The notes: generated by a model not told the origin, from the letters alone. Shown: positions 48,900 to 62,257, counted from the first letter of the whole stretch. The stretch: 63,865 nucleotides of DNA, filler included, from Octopus bimaculoides (GCF_001194135.2; 5 parts of 5 records of this genome joined end to end with filler, not necessarily neighbours in it), one strand, 5' to 3'. Numbers and translations: made by a program.

Positions 48900-50100
48900 C
48901 GACGGTTATGCCGAAAGTTGGTATCAATTTTGTGTTAATTGACATAAGTCGTTCAAATTGTACACGTTGGTAGAGTAACTCTTCCTCTATAGAAACTCTT
49001 CTACCTGTTCTTCAATGCAAGCAAATAATGAGTTTCAAGCAGAAGTAATGTGCCGTCATTGAATTCTTGACGAAGGAGGGGAGCAGGCTGTCCGACATCC
49101 ACAGAAGACTACGAGTTGTTTTCGGAGATAACACCACTGACAAAAGCAATGTTGTTCAGATGGATAAAGTTTAAAAACGCGGAAACTAGCTTTGAAGAAA
49201 AAACACGTAGTGGGAGACCATCAGCGGCCATCACTGAGACGAATCGCTAGCGAGCGGATGAATTGGTTCGCGGGGACAGACGAGTCACAATCCGTTAGGT
49301 TGATGCACAACTGGGCTGTGTTGAGCTATCGGAAAGTATGTGCCATCACTTGACTTGAAGGCGAGAAGGCTGGAAGTCTGCTCTAACATGCTGGAAGCAT
49401 CTAAAACCCATGACGACACATTTTATTTGATCTGGCTGCGAGGTGAAACGTGGGCGTATCTTTATGATTCGAAAACGAAGGCTCTGTCGGTGGGATGGCA
49501 TCACACCTCTCTCTTTTACAAGAGCCAGCGATCGGGACAGTAAGGCATGTTGACCTTTTTTTTTTTCGTCGACAAAGTCGTCATTCTCCTTGATCTTCTA
49601 AAATATGGCTGTACCTTGAACAGAAAACGGTACATTGAGACACTTGAAAGATTAGAGAAAGCCATTTGAAGCAAGAAACTGAACAAGAATCCGAAAACGA
49701 TCTACATTCCCCATGACAATTCATGACAATAGATATCTTTGACAAAAAATCAGTCAATCGGTAAATTGGACTGGTCAATGGTTCTCCCAATCACCATACC
49801 GTCCAAATCTAGTGCCCACCGACTTCTGCCTCTTCGGTGCTACGAAAGACAGCCTTCAGAGACAAGGATTTGATGACACAGACGAAGTGATAGTGTTTGT
49901 GGAGAAGTGATACACCGATGCACATGTGAAGTTTTTCAAAGAGGATTCAAAAGTTGGGTTTAACTATGGTGCAAATGCATCGCTTGTAATGGAGAGAATG
50001 ATGAATAGTGCTTTTATATGTTAGTAATTTAAATGATTTATATCTATTAATAAAAAAATGTTATGTTCACTTCTGTATTACTTTCGGTTGAAATCCCGTC
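48900..50100 (+). mobile_element. Near full-length decayed mariner transposon (~1.2 kb)
   Basis: MSFKQK*CAVIEFLTKEG..DIHRRLRVVFGD..SGRP; YDS.TK..S.GW.H; HDN..; PY..NLVP.DF.LFG; GFKSW..WCKCIACNG; degenerate TIRs cgacgg..ccgaaagt / actttcggttgaaatcccgtc. Confidence 0.88.
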
Positions 50101-50889
50101 TATTAAATCAGAGGAAATACAAATCTGGTTAGCTTTGGAAAAAATGTACAGAATTTCATAAATACGAGAAAAATAAGTACTTCACTGGGAAAACTTGTAA
50201 TAGTTGATGCACGTATAGTGAGCGTTGTCGAGAAGAAAGAAGGCAAGTAATCACTGAATCAAGTCTGCAGTTTCAATTTCTAGTTATTTCGCTTATATTT
50301 CTAAAGGCAACTGCCAATTAACTTTTTATATCGAAGGAGCAGCAGGAAACTACGCTGATGTATTGAGATGCTATGACAGACATTGCAAGCTACGTCTGGA
50401 AAATGATATGTTTAATTTACTTTAATATTAGAGTTTATAGGCTATTCAGTTACAACTTCTGAGAACTTAATCATATCTAAATATGTCTCATTAGACATTG
50501 TTATATTTATTCAGTTACGTTCTTGTCTCCTTTCCTGTGCTAACTTTACATGTTAAACTCTCAAAAACGAAAAAGAATTACGTATAATTTTCTTGTAAGT
50601 CTCTTAATCCGCCAGTGAAATTAACAAAATACAGAGGGAAGGATACATATCCAAACCGTTGTGCAGCCTTAGCTACAAAGCTTTGTAATGGAATTGTGAT
50701 TAACAATGAGATGTAGAGGATGCATTTCGGCTGTTGAAGAGAAACCATGCCTAACTGTCCATTTTCTACCTATAGACCCCTTTGATTCCTATTTTACTCG
50801 GATGGACCCTCATATCCATTCAATGCTTTAAAAAATCATATTATCTTTTTATAATTAAATATTATTAGGAATTGTATAAAAAATTATTA

Positions 50890-51000
50890 AAATATTTTCT
50901 GAATTGTAGAAGTATAACCAATTTATAGCGGATTAATTTTAACAACAAAATCTTATAGGGATCCCCCAAGGGCCATATGGAACCCGTTTGAAAACCACTG
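50890..51000 (+). mobile_element. hAT-type MITE right end
   Basis: Ends GTTTGAAAACCACTG (reverse complement CAGTGGTTTTCAAAC); left end not found. Confidence 0.6.
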
Positions 51001-51311
51001 GTTCAATAGATGATATAAGCATTGAGGATAGACACAGGAACAATTTCAGACCACCAACAGGAAATTGAAAAAATGAAAAGGCTTGTCATAGATGCTAATT
51101 TTTCATTGGCAAATAATATAGAATCACACAATTTTGATTTGTAATGTTGTTTAGTCGTAGACTTATCCTTTTCTACTCTAGGCATGATGGGTTTTCTACT
51201 CATGCACGGCATACTGCCAAAGGTCTCGGTCATTTGTTATTGCCTTCGTGAGGCCCAACACTTGAAAGGGGATTTTTACGTGCCACCGGCACGGCCACTT
51301 CGCCTTATCCC

Positions 51312-51378
<67 letters not shown>

Positions 51379-52192
51379 TTAAAGGTACATTCCAGAAGTT
51401 TCAAGACTGTTTGAAGGCGAGGCAGGTATAACTGTCGTGGATTATTGGAATTTTAATATATCGTTATTATACATCTAATAAGCTAATCTACCAACATTTT
51501 TTTAATATTCCAGATTGAAGGAGATAGCCCTACGAAACACATCTTGTCACAGTTGACTAGATTGAAGACAATTTGGAAGCTCGCTATGCAATAAAGTTTT
51601 GTGTTAAACTAGGCAAAAACATTACAAAAACGTGTGAAATGCCTCAGGCTGCTTATTAAATTGTATGAACCGAGCATTTGGTTTTTTTTGCTGGCCCGAG
51701 AGGTCGGGCGAAGCAGGTCCACTGGGAAGCTCATGATGTTCTTTTTCAACTGGAAGGGCATCATCTACATGCACTGGGTTCCTTTTGGCCAGACGGTCAA
51801 CAAAAAAATTTCTGTGGAGGTTTTGATGGAGCTCATGAAGAGATTTCGTCGTAAAAGGCCAGAGCTCTTCCTCTCGGATCGGTAGCACCTGCACCAAGAC
51901 AATGCAAGAGTCCTCAATTCCATCTTGATAACCAACTATTTGACAGAGATTACCATCAAAACTGTCCCTCACCATTCCCAACTGTCAAGTACTTGTTCCC
52001 TGTGTTTTTTTTTTTGTTCTCCAGGCGAAGGAGAATCTCATGGGCAGTCGTTATGAAGGCATTGAGAATAAGAAGTGACGATAGTTACCTTCCCTTTGGA
52101 GGACTTCCACGGAGTGGTTAGAGCGTTACAAGTTCATTGAAGTCAGAGAATCCTTCTTTGAAGGAGATTAGAGTTTTGAACTTCCCTGAATT

Positions 52193-52817
52193 TGTTGTGG
52201 CGAGAGTCATTTACATCCCTGTGGGATTGGAAGAATGGGCTTGTCGAACTCTTATAAAAAGTGGAGTAATTTGAAGTACGTCGAAGGGGAAAACAGTTGT
52301 ATCTGTCCCCGCTTCGTGAAATCTGTATATCCGACGTATAGAAGGATATAAAAATGGCGACGAGGATATCCACATATAAAAGTGGTGACGAGGATATCCA
52401 CTTATAAAAGTGGCGACGAGTTTATTCGAAGCTTACGTTGGACGTTAAAATTTTCTTTTGATACAAGATCAAAGAAAAGTTAATTAATATGAAAGACTTA
52501 TTAGCCTCCGTGATGCAGTTGCAACAGCAGTTACAGGCAGCAGTTACAACAAGAACAACAACAACAGCAACAATACCAACAATTGCTGGAATTAATGTTG
52601 AAGTCCAAAGATACTTCACGTTCTCGCCAGACAGCGTAGCAAACGCAATTACTGAATTTAGTTATAACCTAGAAGGTATTACTTTTTCTGAATATTTCCG
52701 AAGATATGAAGAAATATTCAAAGAGGAATGCAAAAATTGGACGGACAATGAAAAGGTACGACTACTTTTAAGAAAATTATCCCCTACCGAATACGAAAAG
52801 TACTATAACTACATTCT

Positions 52818-52869
<52 letters not shown>

Positions 52870-53312
52870 AAGTGGAATTTCTTTGAATGAAACAAATTAT
52901 CGAAAAATTTCAGTGTGAGAAGTTTCCTGTTCAATACCCGCTGGGAGTGCTTGAATTTATCAAAATAAGATGATGAAGATTTTGTCACCTATGCCGGAAT
53001 CGTCTACAGAGAGTGCGAAAATTTCAAAGTAAAAGAATTAACCCCAGACATGTTCAAGTGTCTAATTTTTGTCCAAGTGTTAACTGCAAGCAAATATGCA
53101 GAGATACATGTCCGGATATTGACAAAATTGGAATAGGACCAGAATTTGACTCTGTAGGCAGTGGCAGAGGAATGCCAGAGGCATATTAATCTACGGCATA
53201 ACGCAAATAAAATAAATTTCGTGGAGTAATTTGGAGTACGTCAAAAGAGAAGATAGTTGTGTCTATCCTCGCTTCGTGAAATCTGTATATCCAACGTATA
53301 GAAGGATATAAA
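52193..53312 (+). mobile_element. Deleted Ty3/Gypsy (Mag-like) LTR retrotransposon: 5' LTR, triple PBS, gag fragment, partial 3' LTR
   Basis: 52261-52352 repeats at 53221-53312; PBS TGGCGACGAGGAT; gag FSYNLEGITFSEYFRRYEEIF..EKVRLLLRKL..YYNYIL then FKCLIFVQ..; pol is absent. Confidence 0.9.
52355..52420 (+). promoter_or_regulatory. Primer-binding site complementary to the tRNA-Ser(GCU) 3' end, three tandem copies
   Basis: TGGCGACGAGGAT at 52355, TGGTGACGAGGAT at 52383, TGGCGACGAG at 52411 (28-bp period). Complement ATCCTCGTCGCCA equals the 3' end of animal tRNA-Ser(GCU) as I recall it. Confidence 0.75.
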
Positions 53313-53429
53313 AGAAACTAATAAATGTCTTTCCTGAAAAAGCCTGCAAACTTCTGGAATGCACCGCGCACACACACATAAATCTATCTATCTATCTATC
53401 TATCTATCTATGTGTATGTGCGTGTGTAT

Positions 53430-53467
<38 letters not shown>

Positions 53468-54483
53468 AATAGACGAATGGGTTATCTGGTGTTGCTAAAA
53501 TTGCTTTATTAGGAGTCTTTATCGTGACATAAGTATAATACAATTAATAGGATGTATAATGTGTTATAAGTCACCAAATTGGAGGATCCCACGTGATCAA
53601 ATCTGTGTGTGTGTGTGTGTGTGTGTCCGTGTGTGTGTGTGTGCGTGCGCGCGCATTCACATATGAAGCGAATTCTAGAATAAAACTTCCAGGGAAAATA
53701 TTAGAAGAGGCAAATAAACATATGTCAACCTATGTAGTCATAACTTATGACTTGCTCAAACTTTCAATTCTGAAGTTTGAGTTACAGAGGAATATTAGAA
53801 TACTAAATTATGTCCATAAAGAACCATGTAGGAGGTTCTGTTTACTATTTACCAAGAATACACTAGAGCCAAACATCTCTACAGCGGAGCTAAATATACT
53901 CTTCCTACATTCGTAATATGCTCACAAAGAATTAGCTGTCTTCTTCACTCACTCTTCATATTCAAGTTGTTTTACACATTGGAAGCATTCATTAATTTTT
54001 CAGAGTCTTCATTGAACAATAAGTTCACTGTTTGTTTCTTAAATATCTTCACTCTACGTTAACCTCAACATTCGGGACCATTTTTGTGAGGCGTTTATGA
54101 ATTTTTTTATGTTCTACAGTAGTCAAGGTCTGCTAATGATATTAATTTTCTGAAAGGACAGAACCAGTGCAGTCGTGTTATATAAATATAATTTATTTCT
54201 TATGAAAATAATTTACTAAAAAAATGATATATCAATTTAATGTACTGATATAATTGCGTATCAGTTTAGTGTGACAGTTAAATACTTGTATTTAGCTGCT
54301 AAGAAAACAGAATTTTTTTTCTTAATTGGTCGGCAAAATTCTGCTCCAAACTAATTTCCTTTTTGTGTATAAACATCTGCAACTTGTACACTTGTTTTTC
54401 ACTAAGAAGAAACTACCATTAATTTTATGAATTTTAAATAACAGATTTGATTTAAATACAATTGATTTGTTATTGTTGTCTGC

Positions 54484-54484
54484 T

Positions 54485-54543
<59 letters not shown>
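54484..54543. repeat. (GTA)n microsatellite
   Basis: About 20 perfect units. Confidence 0.95.
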
Positions 54544-54647
54544 CTCCGCTGAACGAAGGGAAGCCAACGAGAGGTCATCTATAGGAGTATTCGATCGAGT
54601 AGAAATAGCTGCCAACTCTTCCTCAGATTACATCATACTGTCTAAAG

Positions 54648-54775
54648 CAGTGTTTCTCAACCTTTTTTACACTTGCGTAACCTTTAACATAAATTATATA
54701 TCTTGAGGAATCCTTGCACAAAAAAATTATATACCATATCTTTCTCATTTTTTCATCGTAGTTCACGTGGTAAAT

Positions 54776-54806
<31 letters not shown>

Positions 54807-54994
54807 TTATATATNNNNNNNNNNNNNNNNNNNNNNNNNNNNNNNNNNNNNNNNNNNNNNNNNNNNNNNNNNNNNNNNNNNNNNNNNNNTATATCATGAA
54901 ATTAGCATTAGCTTATCTCACTCTTTCTCGCGAAACCTCTAGGAACCTTTTACGGAACCCTAGGGTTCCGTGGAAGCCCGATTGAAAAACGCTG
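54648..54994 (+). mobile_element. hAT (Charlie-like) MITE with an intact 8-bp TSD
   Basis: GTCTAAAG|CAGTGTTTCTCAAC ... ATTGAAAAACGCTG|GTCTAAAG (TSD 54640-54647 and 54995-55002). Confidence 0.92.
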
Positions 54995-55129
54995 GTCTAA
55001 AGAAAGGGAAAGACACACTGAAAATGTAAACTATGCCTGAAGAAAATATGGGATGGTCACGTATGGAATGTCTTTGACTATCGGTCAGTTGGTTCAGGGC
55101 TGACATGGAGTCCAAAAATCAGATCGTAC

Positions 55130-55720
55130 ATAGAAGCCTGTAAAAATGTTCTCACCTAAAGGAGATATAGATAGTAGCGCCGTAATAAGGAGGTGCGCAT
55201 GACATTCGTTAACAACCTCGAACAAAAAAACGCCAAATACAAAGAAACTAGCACCGTTAATCAATGAGGGAAAACGAAAACTATTGCTCACAGAAAGATC
55301 AATCTACTACTACAGAAAAAAAACAAAAACAGAAACAATTACGGAATATGAAGACAGACATGGGAAAAAGGCTTAAGTTCTCTCAGGTAGTCAAGAAAAC
55401 GCTGAGGCTAGATGGAGTTCTGTAGACTGAAAAAGCAAAGAAAATTATCCTGTAGGAAGAAGAGTGTGATCAAGCTTTTGAATGGAAGATGTCTATCATC
55501 CTTTCAGTCGCAGTCGCCGTCGCCTGTAGAAGATGCCCTTTCCAGTTACTATGGAGAATGCTTACAGCCAGTAAAATAACATGCAAACAAAGAAAGACAG
55601 TCCCTCGCATAATGGAGGAGGTAGCAGAAAGAGCTTTGTTATGAAAGAGGAGCCAAGCTGGAAGCCAGGAGGAAAAGATGATTAGCAAGTTGGCCATCAC
55701 TGCTGATATGTCAACAGCAG
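55130..55720 (+). mobile_element. Decayed HERO-like non-LTR retrotransposon 3' region
   Basis: DMGKRLKFSQVVKKTLRLDGVL*TEKAKKIIL, with GRYR..RN-like motif upstream; ends ccatcactgctgatatgtc; many stops. Confidence 0.6.
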
Positions 55721-56644
55721 GGTATTACAGTTTAGGAGCAAAGCACCCAATAGACGTTGGGCACCGTCTAAAGATATCAACTTTTCCTGGCCAAAGCTAC
55801 AATCACTAAAAGTGAATTAAGGAGGTGCACCTTCTTTTAGAAGTAATTAATCTGTCTGTCTCTCACAAACACAGGTGTACTCAAGACATTCCAACTAGCC
55901 AATTTTATGTAAGAGTGCGAGCATGCGCGCGCGCGAGTGTGTGCGTGTGTGTGTGTATGTGTGTGGGTATGTTGGTAGGCAGAGGGTGGGGGTATGTGGG
56001 GTATGTGGGTTGGTAGAGGGTGGGAGTAGAGGTGGAGTATATGGGAGAGGGTGTAAGGGATGGGATGGGGTGGGATGGGAAGGATAGGGAAGGTGGGTAT
56101 GAGAGAAAAGAGAAAGAGAGTAGAAGTGAAGAGAAGTAGGAGTCGGAGCAAGAGATGAGAGGTGGGGGGAGGCTTGCTTTCGTACTTCATATTGTTTACA
56201 GTTGGTGACGTCCTGTACCCATATATGCATATATATATATATATGCTTATATGTTTATGTNNNNNNNNNNNNNNNNNNNNNNNNNNNNNNNNNNNNNNNN
56301 NNNNNNNNNNNNNNNNNNNNNNNNNNNNNNNNNNNNNNNNNNNNNNNNNNNNNNNNNNNNNNNNNNNNNNNNNNNNNNNNNNNNNNNNNNNNNNNNNNNN
56401 NNNNNNNNNNNNNNNNNNNNNNNNNNNNNNNNNNNNNNNNNNNNNNNNNNNNNNNNNNNNNNNNNNNNNNNNNNNNNNNNNNNNNNNNNNNNNNNNNNNN
56501 NNNNNNNNNNNNNNNNNNNNNNNNNNNNNNNNNNNNNNNNNNNNNNNNNNNNNNNNNNNNNNNNNNNNNNNNNNNNNNNNNNNNNNNNNNNNNNNNNNNN
56601 NNNNNNNNNNNNNNNNNNNNNNNNNNNNNNNNNNNNNNATATAG

Positions 56645-56696
<52 letters not shown>

Positions 56697-57276
56697 ATTA
56701 GTGAGGGATTATCAATAAGGGAAAAATACTTCATAAGCTCTCTGTTAGGCTAACGATATGGTATAGATTTGTAAAGACTTCAGTGTTTCTAGTGGCAGGG
56801 TCCGAGGTTATAGTTCATCACTATTTTATATTGTAAATCCATGGCTGTGTTCCAGTTATACTGGTTTTTACACAGACTGATATACGAACCTATAACGAAC
56901 CTATAATGACTAATGGAAACAGCTATAAGTCAAATTCACTGCAATGAAGAAAAATATGTAATGATCACACACGCACACACACAAACACCAATACACACTC
57001 ATAATATGGGCGTAGCTATATGTATATGCGTGACACCATGTTAGCTATACATCTAGAGGAATGCATGAAGAGGATAATTTAGGAAATATAGTTGTATAAA
57101 CGAATGGATGATATAGAAATATATATGCATATCCATACACACAAGTACATATGGCTGTGTATGTATAGCTATGTACATACGCATATACACATGTACACAT
57201 GAATATATACTCAATAAAAATATATTCACGTATATGTATGTATGTATATGTATGTACGCATATATATATGTGTGTG

Positions 57277-57310
<34 letters not shown>

Positions 57311-57315
57311 TATAT

Positions 57316-57415
57316 NNNNNNNNNNNNNNNNNNNNNNNNNNNNNNNNNNNNNNNNNNNNTTAATTAATTAANNNNNNNNNNNNNNNNNNNNNNNNNNNNN
57401 NNNNNNNNNNNNNNN
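57316..57415. other. Artificial spacer N44-TTAATTAATTAA-N44
   Basis: Linker at 57360-57371. Confidence 0.95.
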
Positions 57416-57449
57416 ACACTATTCATATCAATAAGTTGGTCAATTGTTC

Positions 57450-57894
57450 AGCGACGCTCCCCACCCCAACATTAGTTCATGAATTTTCATAAGATATTCA
57501 TTCGTTCGGGAGGTTGACGATTGCCTTGAACGAGGTTAGTCTTCAAGCAACAAGTGACCATTCCTAAAGCGTGAAAACCACTCGTGAACTTATGTTTTGC
57601 TCATGGCAGCGTCCTTGTAAGCTGTTTGAAGGATGACAGCTGCTTCGGCCGCTATTTTCCTCAGCAGAAAATAGAATTTCACGGAAGCACGATGTTCCTT
57701 CGTTTCAGCCATTGCAAAAATCGACGAACAGGAGAGAAGCACTGCAAAACAAAGACGCACCACGTGGCAGAGGGACTGCAATACACGCCGGCCGGCAGAC
57801 TGATTCCTCAGGGTTGCATTAAGTGGCGGAAGCCTGAACTACACGGGCTTATCCCACAGAGAACGTTTCCAGTTACTTTTGGGTACCCCCCTTG
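57450..57894 (-). mobile_element. mariner transposon 5' part (TIR plus HTH fragment)
   Basis: Reverse complement TA|CAAGGGGGGTACCCAAAAGTAACTGG; MAETKEHRASVKFYFLLRK.AAE..ILQTAYKDAAMSKT. Confidence 0.88.
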
Positions 57895-57943
57895 TATATA
57901 TAGTTAGTGACAGAAGCAGCATTTATATCAAAAGGTAAAATTT

Positions 57944-58139
57944 ATCCCCAATTAAAAGTAGATGTTCTGTTAGAACACAGAATACTGCATTATTTACCAT
58001 GAGAGATGATAGCAGACGATTACCTCCCGCTAGCGATATAAACACGCTTATATGCACCAAACTCCTTCTAAGCGCTTTCTGTCATGATAAATAACGCAGT
58101 ATTCTGTGTTCTGGCACACTGTCCACTTTTAAATGGATA
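57944..58139. mobile_element. Foldback/MITE-like element with ~60-bp imperfect TIRs
   Basis: atcc..ttaaaagtaga..agaacacagaatactgcattatttaccatgagaga versus tctgtcatgataaataacgcagtattctgtgttct..tccacttttaaatggat. Confidence 0.7.
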
Positions 58140-58286
58140 TATATATATGTGCGTATGTGCGTGTGTAAATATATATATATATATATATATAATATATATA
58201 TGTATATGTATATGTTTATATATATATATGTATATGTATATATATATGTATATATATATATATGTATATATGTATATATATACATG

Positions 58287-58352
<66 letters not shown>
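58140..58352. repeat. (TA)n microsatellite
   Basis: Direct inspection. Confidence 0.95.
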
Positions 58353-58356
<4 letters not shown>

Positions 58357-59469
58357 GAAGTATATTTGCCATTTAAATGTGGCTGACCCCTAAGGGTGGA
58401 TGTTACTGTTGCTTTTAGCCCCAGGAGAACATCTCCTCCAGCTGGCTTATCGACACACATCTGTGTCCTGTCTATTAGGCCCCAATATATACACACGATT
58501 AAATGTTGTTGCTATTTCGTTTCATATTATTTTCATGGAATCATCAACATAAAACGATCTCTCGTTTCTATGTCTTGAATGCAATAGAAATGATAACTCG
58601 AAAGTTCGACAATTGAATCCGTCTTGGTTCTTGAAATAAATGAATGTGTACTTTTGTTTATTTCACTTCAAATATTCGATTGTTTCTGATAAAACAGCAA
58701 AAATCAAAGTCAGCCCATTAATCAGTTCCTTGTCTTAAACACATTTTATACAAAAAGATTTAATAAATTTTGCTTTTAAATATTATTTCAAAACAATTTA
58801 TTAATATCAATTTTCGAATACTAGCAATGACCTGGTATTTCCCACAGGTAAATAATCAGAAATGTTTAAAGTACGAACTGCTAGTTATTTCTCTTTTGGT
58901 ATTATATTTTTTAAAAAGAACTGTCAGCATTCTTTAGCTTGTATTTTGTGCCAGGATACGTTATTTTTAAATACAATTCTGAGCATTTTTCATGGCCTAC
59001 GATTTGTTTACTAACTTCCTTGAAAAAATATATTTCTTTCGTATTTATAAAATTACCGAAACAATGTTTGATCTTAAAATAGCAACAACGTTCCATTGTT
59101 TTACGGTGTTCACTTTTCCATTATATAAGAAGAATTTCTGGTTAATAATTTTTATTACATTTTAAACACAAATGACAACAATTCTTCATTTTGATATTGC
59201 CTCTTACGTAGATACAAGGTCGTTTTTGTAACAGAAGAGTAAAGGCGATCGAAAGTAGAACGTGTCTAGTAGTCAGTTTTCTCTATCAAGAAATCCAGCC
59301 ACTTTTGAATTCAGAATATCAATAGACAAGACTCGATACTGCAAAGTATTTAGTCTATTATTCTACTATCCAATTATAATTGTTAATAATTTTTACAATA
59401 ATGAATTTATAGAAATTTTAAAAAGTATAAGCGCCATTTTCCGTGCAACGGTAAAGTCAGTTCTAATAG

Positions 59470-59725
59470 TCTGACGCTTACCAAAGCATTGGAATCCAAG
59501 GTAGACGAACTTATGCTCGAATATTAAGAACGGTCTTAAACATATCTTGGAGAACTCAAACTACCAAGAAACAATTGTATGGCGGTCACTTGCCCGTTTC
59601 CACCGTTATAAAGGAAAGGTTCTTGCACTATGCAGGACATTGCTGATGAGCTAAACAAGAGCTGGCAAGTGACCCACAGCTATAGATCCGAAACATCGCC
59701 GTACCTTAGCAGGTTGTCCGAACAC
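59470..59725 (+). pseudogene. RTE-X-like LINE RT C-terminal fragment
   Basis: TYARILRTVLNISWRTQTTKKQLYGGHLPVSTVIKERFLHYAGHC..AKQELASD. Confidence 0.75.
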
Positions 59726-59779
59726 AATATATATATATATATATAAACTCACTAGAGACACTGGATACCTCCCCGAAGT

Positions 59780-62146
59780 GGAAGTTGACATTTCTGAGGG
59801 AAAATATGGTGTAAGCAAAAACAGCATAATACTGCAGCTGAATGGTTCTTCAGCCTGAAGCAAACACTTTCTTACCCCCAGCAAGAGGCTATCCACTTCA
59901 CAGAAGACAGTATGAGAAATATGAGTAAAAAGATAAGCAATTGGAAAGCAGCAGGACCTGATGGTGTATAGGGATCTTGAATAAAAAAGTTCAGTAGATG
60001 CCATAAATTGATCAGAGAGCAATTTCAAACATTGATCAATGGAGAAGAAATCCCAGACTGGTTGACGAAAGCACGAACAGCGTTGTGCCTGAAGGATGCT
60101 TCAAAAAGAAATACTGCTGACAATTACAAGCCAATTTCTGGCTTCCCATTAATGTGGAAGTTACGGTCAGGAGAAATTGCAGAAGAAATGTACAAGTTTC
60201 TTGATGAGAACGATATATTACTACAAAAAGGCTGTAGGAGATGTAGAGGTACCAAAGTTCAATTATTGATAGACAAAATGGTAACGCAAGATTGTAAACG
60301 AAGGAGAACAAATTTGGGAGTAGCCTTGATTGACTATCTCAAAGCTTATGACATGATTCCACATTCGTGGATAATCGAGTGTTGAGATCTGTTGGAATTG
60401 CGAGGAATGTAACGTGTTTCCTGAAGAGCAGTATGGTGGGATGGAAAACTGAACTGACATCTTACAGAAAAAACTTGGGTACCCTAGTCATTAGAAGACG
60501 AGTTTTCCAAGATGATAGCTTATTTCTGTTGCTTTTTGTTCTCTGCTCTCTGCATGATCCCTCTGACCTTGGTACTTAGGAAAATGAACCAGGGATATCA
60601 GCTAAAGGGAAAATCCTAAACAATCAACCACCTCCTCTTCATGGATGATTTGAAACTGTATGGCAAGGATGAGACACAAGTGAGTTCCTTGGTGGAAACG
60701 GTGCACAGTTTTAGTGTTGATATTAGAATGGAATTCGGACTCAAGGAGTGTGTAATAATCTACCTAAAAAGAGGCAAGGTACAGTCCCTAGCAGGGATAG
60801 AATTACCGAATCGAGACCTGATTAAACAAATTGAAACGAAAGGATACAAATACCTTGGTGTACTAAAGTTCAACGAGATAATGGAGAAGGAAATGAAAGA
60901 GCAACTGCGGATGGAATATTTCGGAAGACCAAGGTTGGTGTTGCACTCAAAACTGACCTGGTGGAATAAAATCCAAGCAGTTAATACATGGGCGATAGCA
61001 TCAGTTTGGTATGGAGCTAGAATCATAAAATGGCAAAATAAAGGATGAAAATGGATACAAAGACAAGAAAAATGCTGACAATGCACGGAGCCTTCCATCC
61101 TAAGAGTGACATCGATAGGCTGTCCAGAAGAAAGGGTGAGAGAGGTTTGTTCAGTTGCCAGGATTGTATCGAAGTGAAAGAAAATACCTTAGGGTGGTAT
61201 GTAAAAATACCGTGGAACCATTGTTGAAACATGCAAAGAATGCCAGCGTCATTAAAGCTGAGAATTGTGTTAAAAAAGAAAATTCAAAGAAGAAAAGAAC
61301 ACAAAAAAAGAAACAGCATCGAAGTAAAAAAAAATGTACGATCAGTTTGCAAGAGATACAAACGCCAAGACAGATGCAGAAAACTGGTGGCTATGGACGA
61401 GGACGAGTGACCTGGAGATAGAGACAGAAGCACTCACATGCACAGCTCAAGAACAAGCGTTAAGGACTAATTATGTGAAGTGCAGAATAGATAACATTGC
61501 CGACAGCGACAACTGCAGAATGTGTGGTGAGAATGGTGAAACGGTATGGCACATCGTTAGCGAATGCCCGAAATTGGCACAACACGAATACAAAAGACGA
61601 CATGACAATGTGGCAAGAATGATGCATTGGCAGCTCTGTGAAAATCCCGGCCTACAAAGAGCAAAGACGTGGTATGAGCAAACTCCAGAAGGAGTCACTG
61701 AGAATGAAAATTGCAAAACCTTGTGGGATGCAATGATTCAGTGCGATCACCTGACCAGACATTGGAAACCAGACATTGTTGATGTGAATAAAAAAGAAAG
61801 AACATGCATGATAATCGACATAGCACGTCCCAGTGACATCAGGATAAAAGAGAAATAAGAAGAAAAAAATTAACAACTATGACGATCTGAAGTGGGAAAT
61901 ACGAAGGTTGTGGTCAATGAGGAGAGTAGACATGATAGCATTAGTAATTGGCGCACTTGAAAGTATCAGCACTCAACTACCAGCATGGTTGAAAAAGATC
62001 GGTACAAAAGTCAGCATTCACAATGTTCTTGAAGCCCGACCAGTTAACAAATGTCACCTTAGTCTGCTGGCTGTGGACAGCTGACGCATTCCCTCATACT
62101 CAGCAAAATAAGCCGACTTTTCATCAAATAATACTAATAATAATCT
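59780..62146 (+). mobile_element. R4/Dong-clade non-LTR retrotransposon, 5'-truncated and decayed (RT + CCHC + REL endonuclease)
   Basis: NWKAAGPDGV; WLTKARTALCLKD..NYKPI..LMWKL; QKGCRR..GTK.QLLIDK; IDYLKAYDMIPHSWI; HLLFMDDLKLYG; CRMCGE..ETVWHIVSECP..YKRRHDNV; KPDIV; IIDIA.P.D; ends in taataataat. Confidence 0.93.
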
Positions 62147-62257
62147 TTTCCGTTATAGACACAGGGCTTGAAACATGGGGGAGGGGACTAATCGATTACA
62201 TCGACCCCAGTGTATCACTGGTACTTAATTTATCGATCCCGAAAAGATGACAGGCAA

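Larger units (their letters stand above)
51381..53366 (+). mobile_element. Internally deleted mariner transposon, interrupted near its 3' TIR by a Gypsy element
   Basis: TIRs aaggtacattccagaagttt (51382) and aaacttctggaatgcacc (53348-53365); LEARYAIKFCVKLGK; KLMMFFFNWKGIIYMHWVP.GQTVN; HQDNA. Confidence 0.9.

Noticed and set aside
52355-52420. CRISPR-like repeat array
   Set aside because: Eukaryotic context, no unique spacers, and fully explained as a duplicated PBS.
56870-56932. CTGATATA...GAAACAGCTATAAG hammerhead-like motif
   Set aside because: Core G8 and stem III pairing are lost and stem II is not formed.
59640-59670. CTGATGAGCT...AGCT
   Set aside because: Lies in RTE-X coding sequence with no following GAAA.
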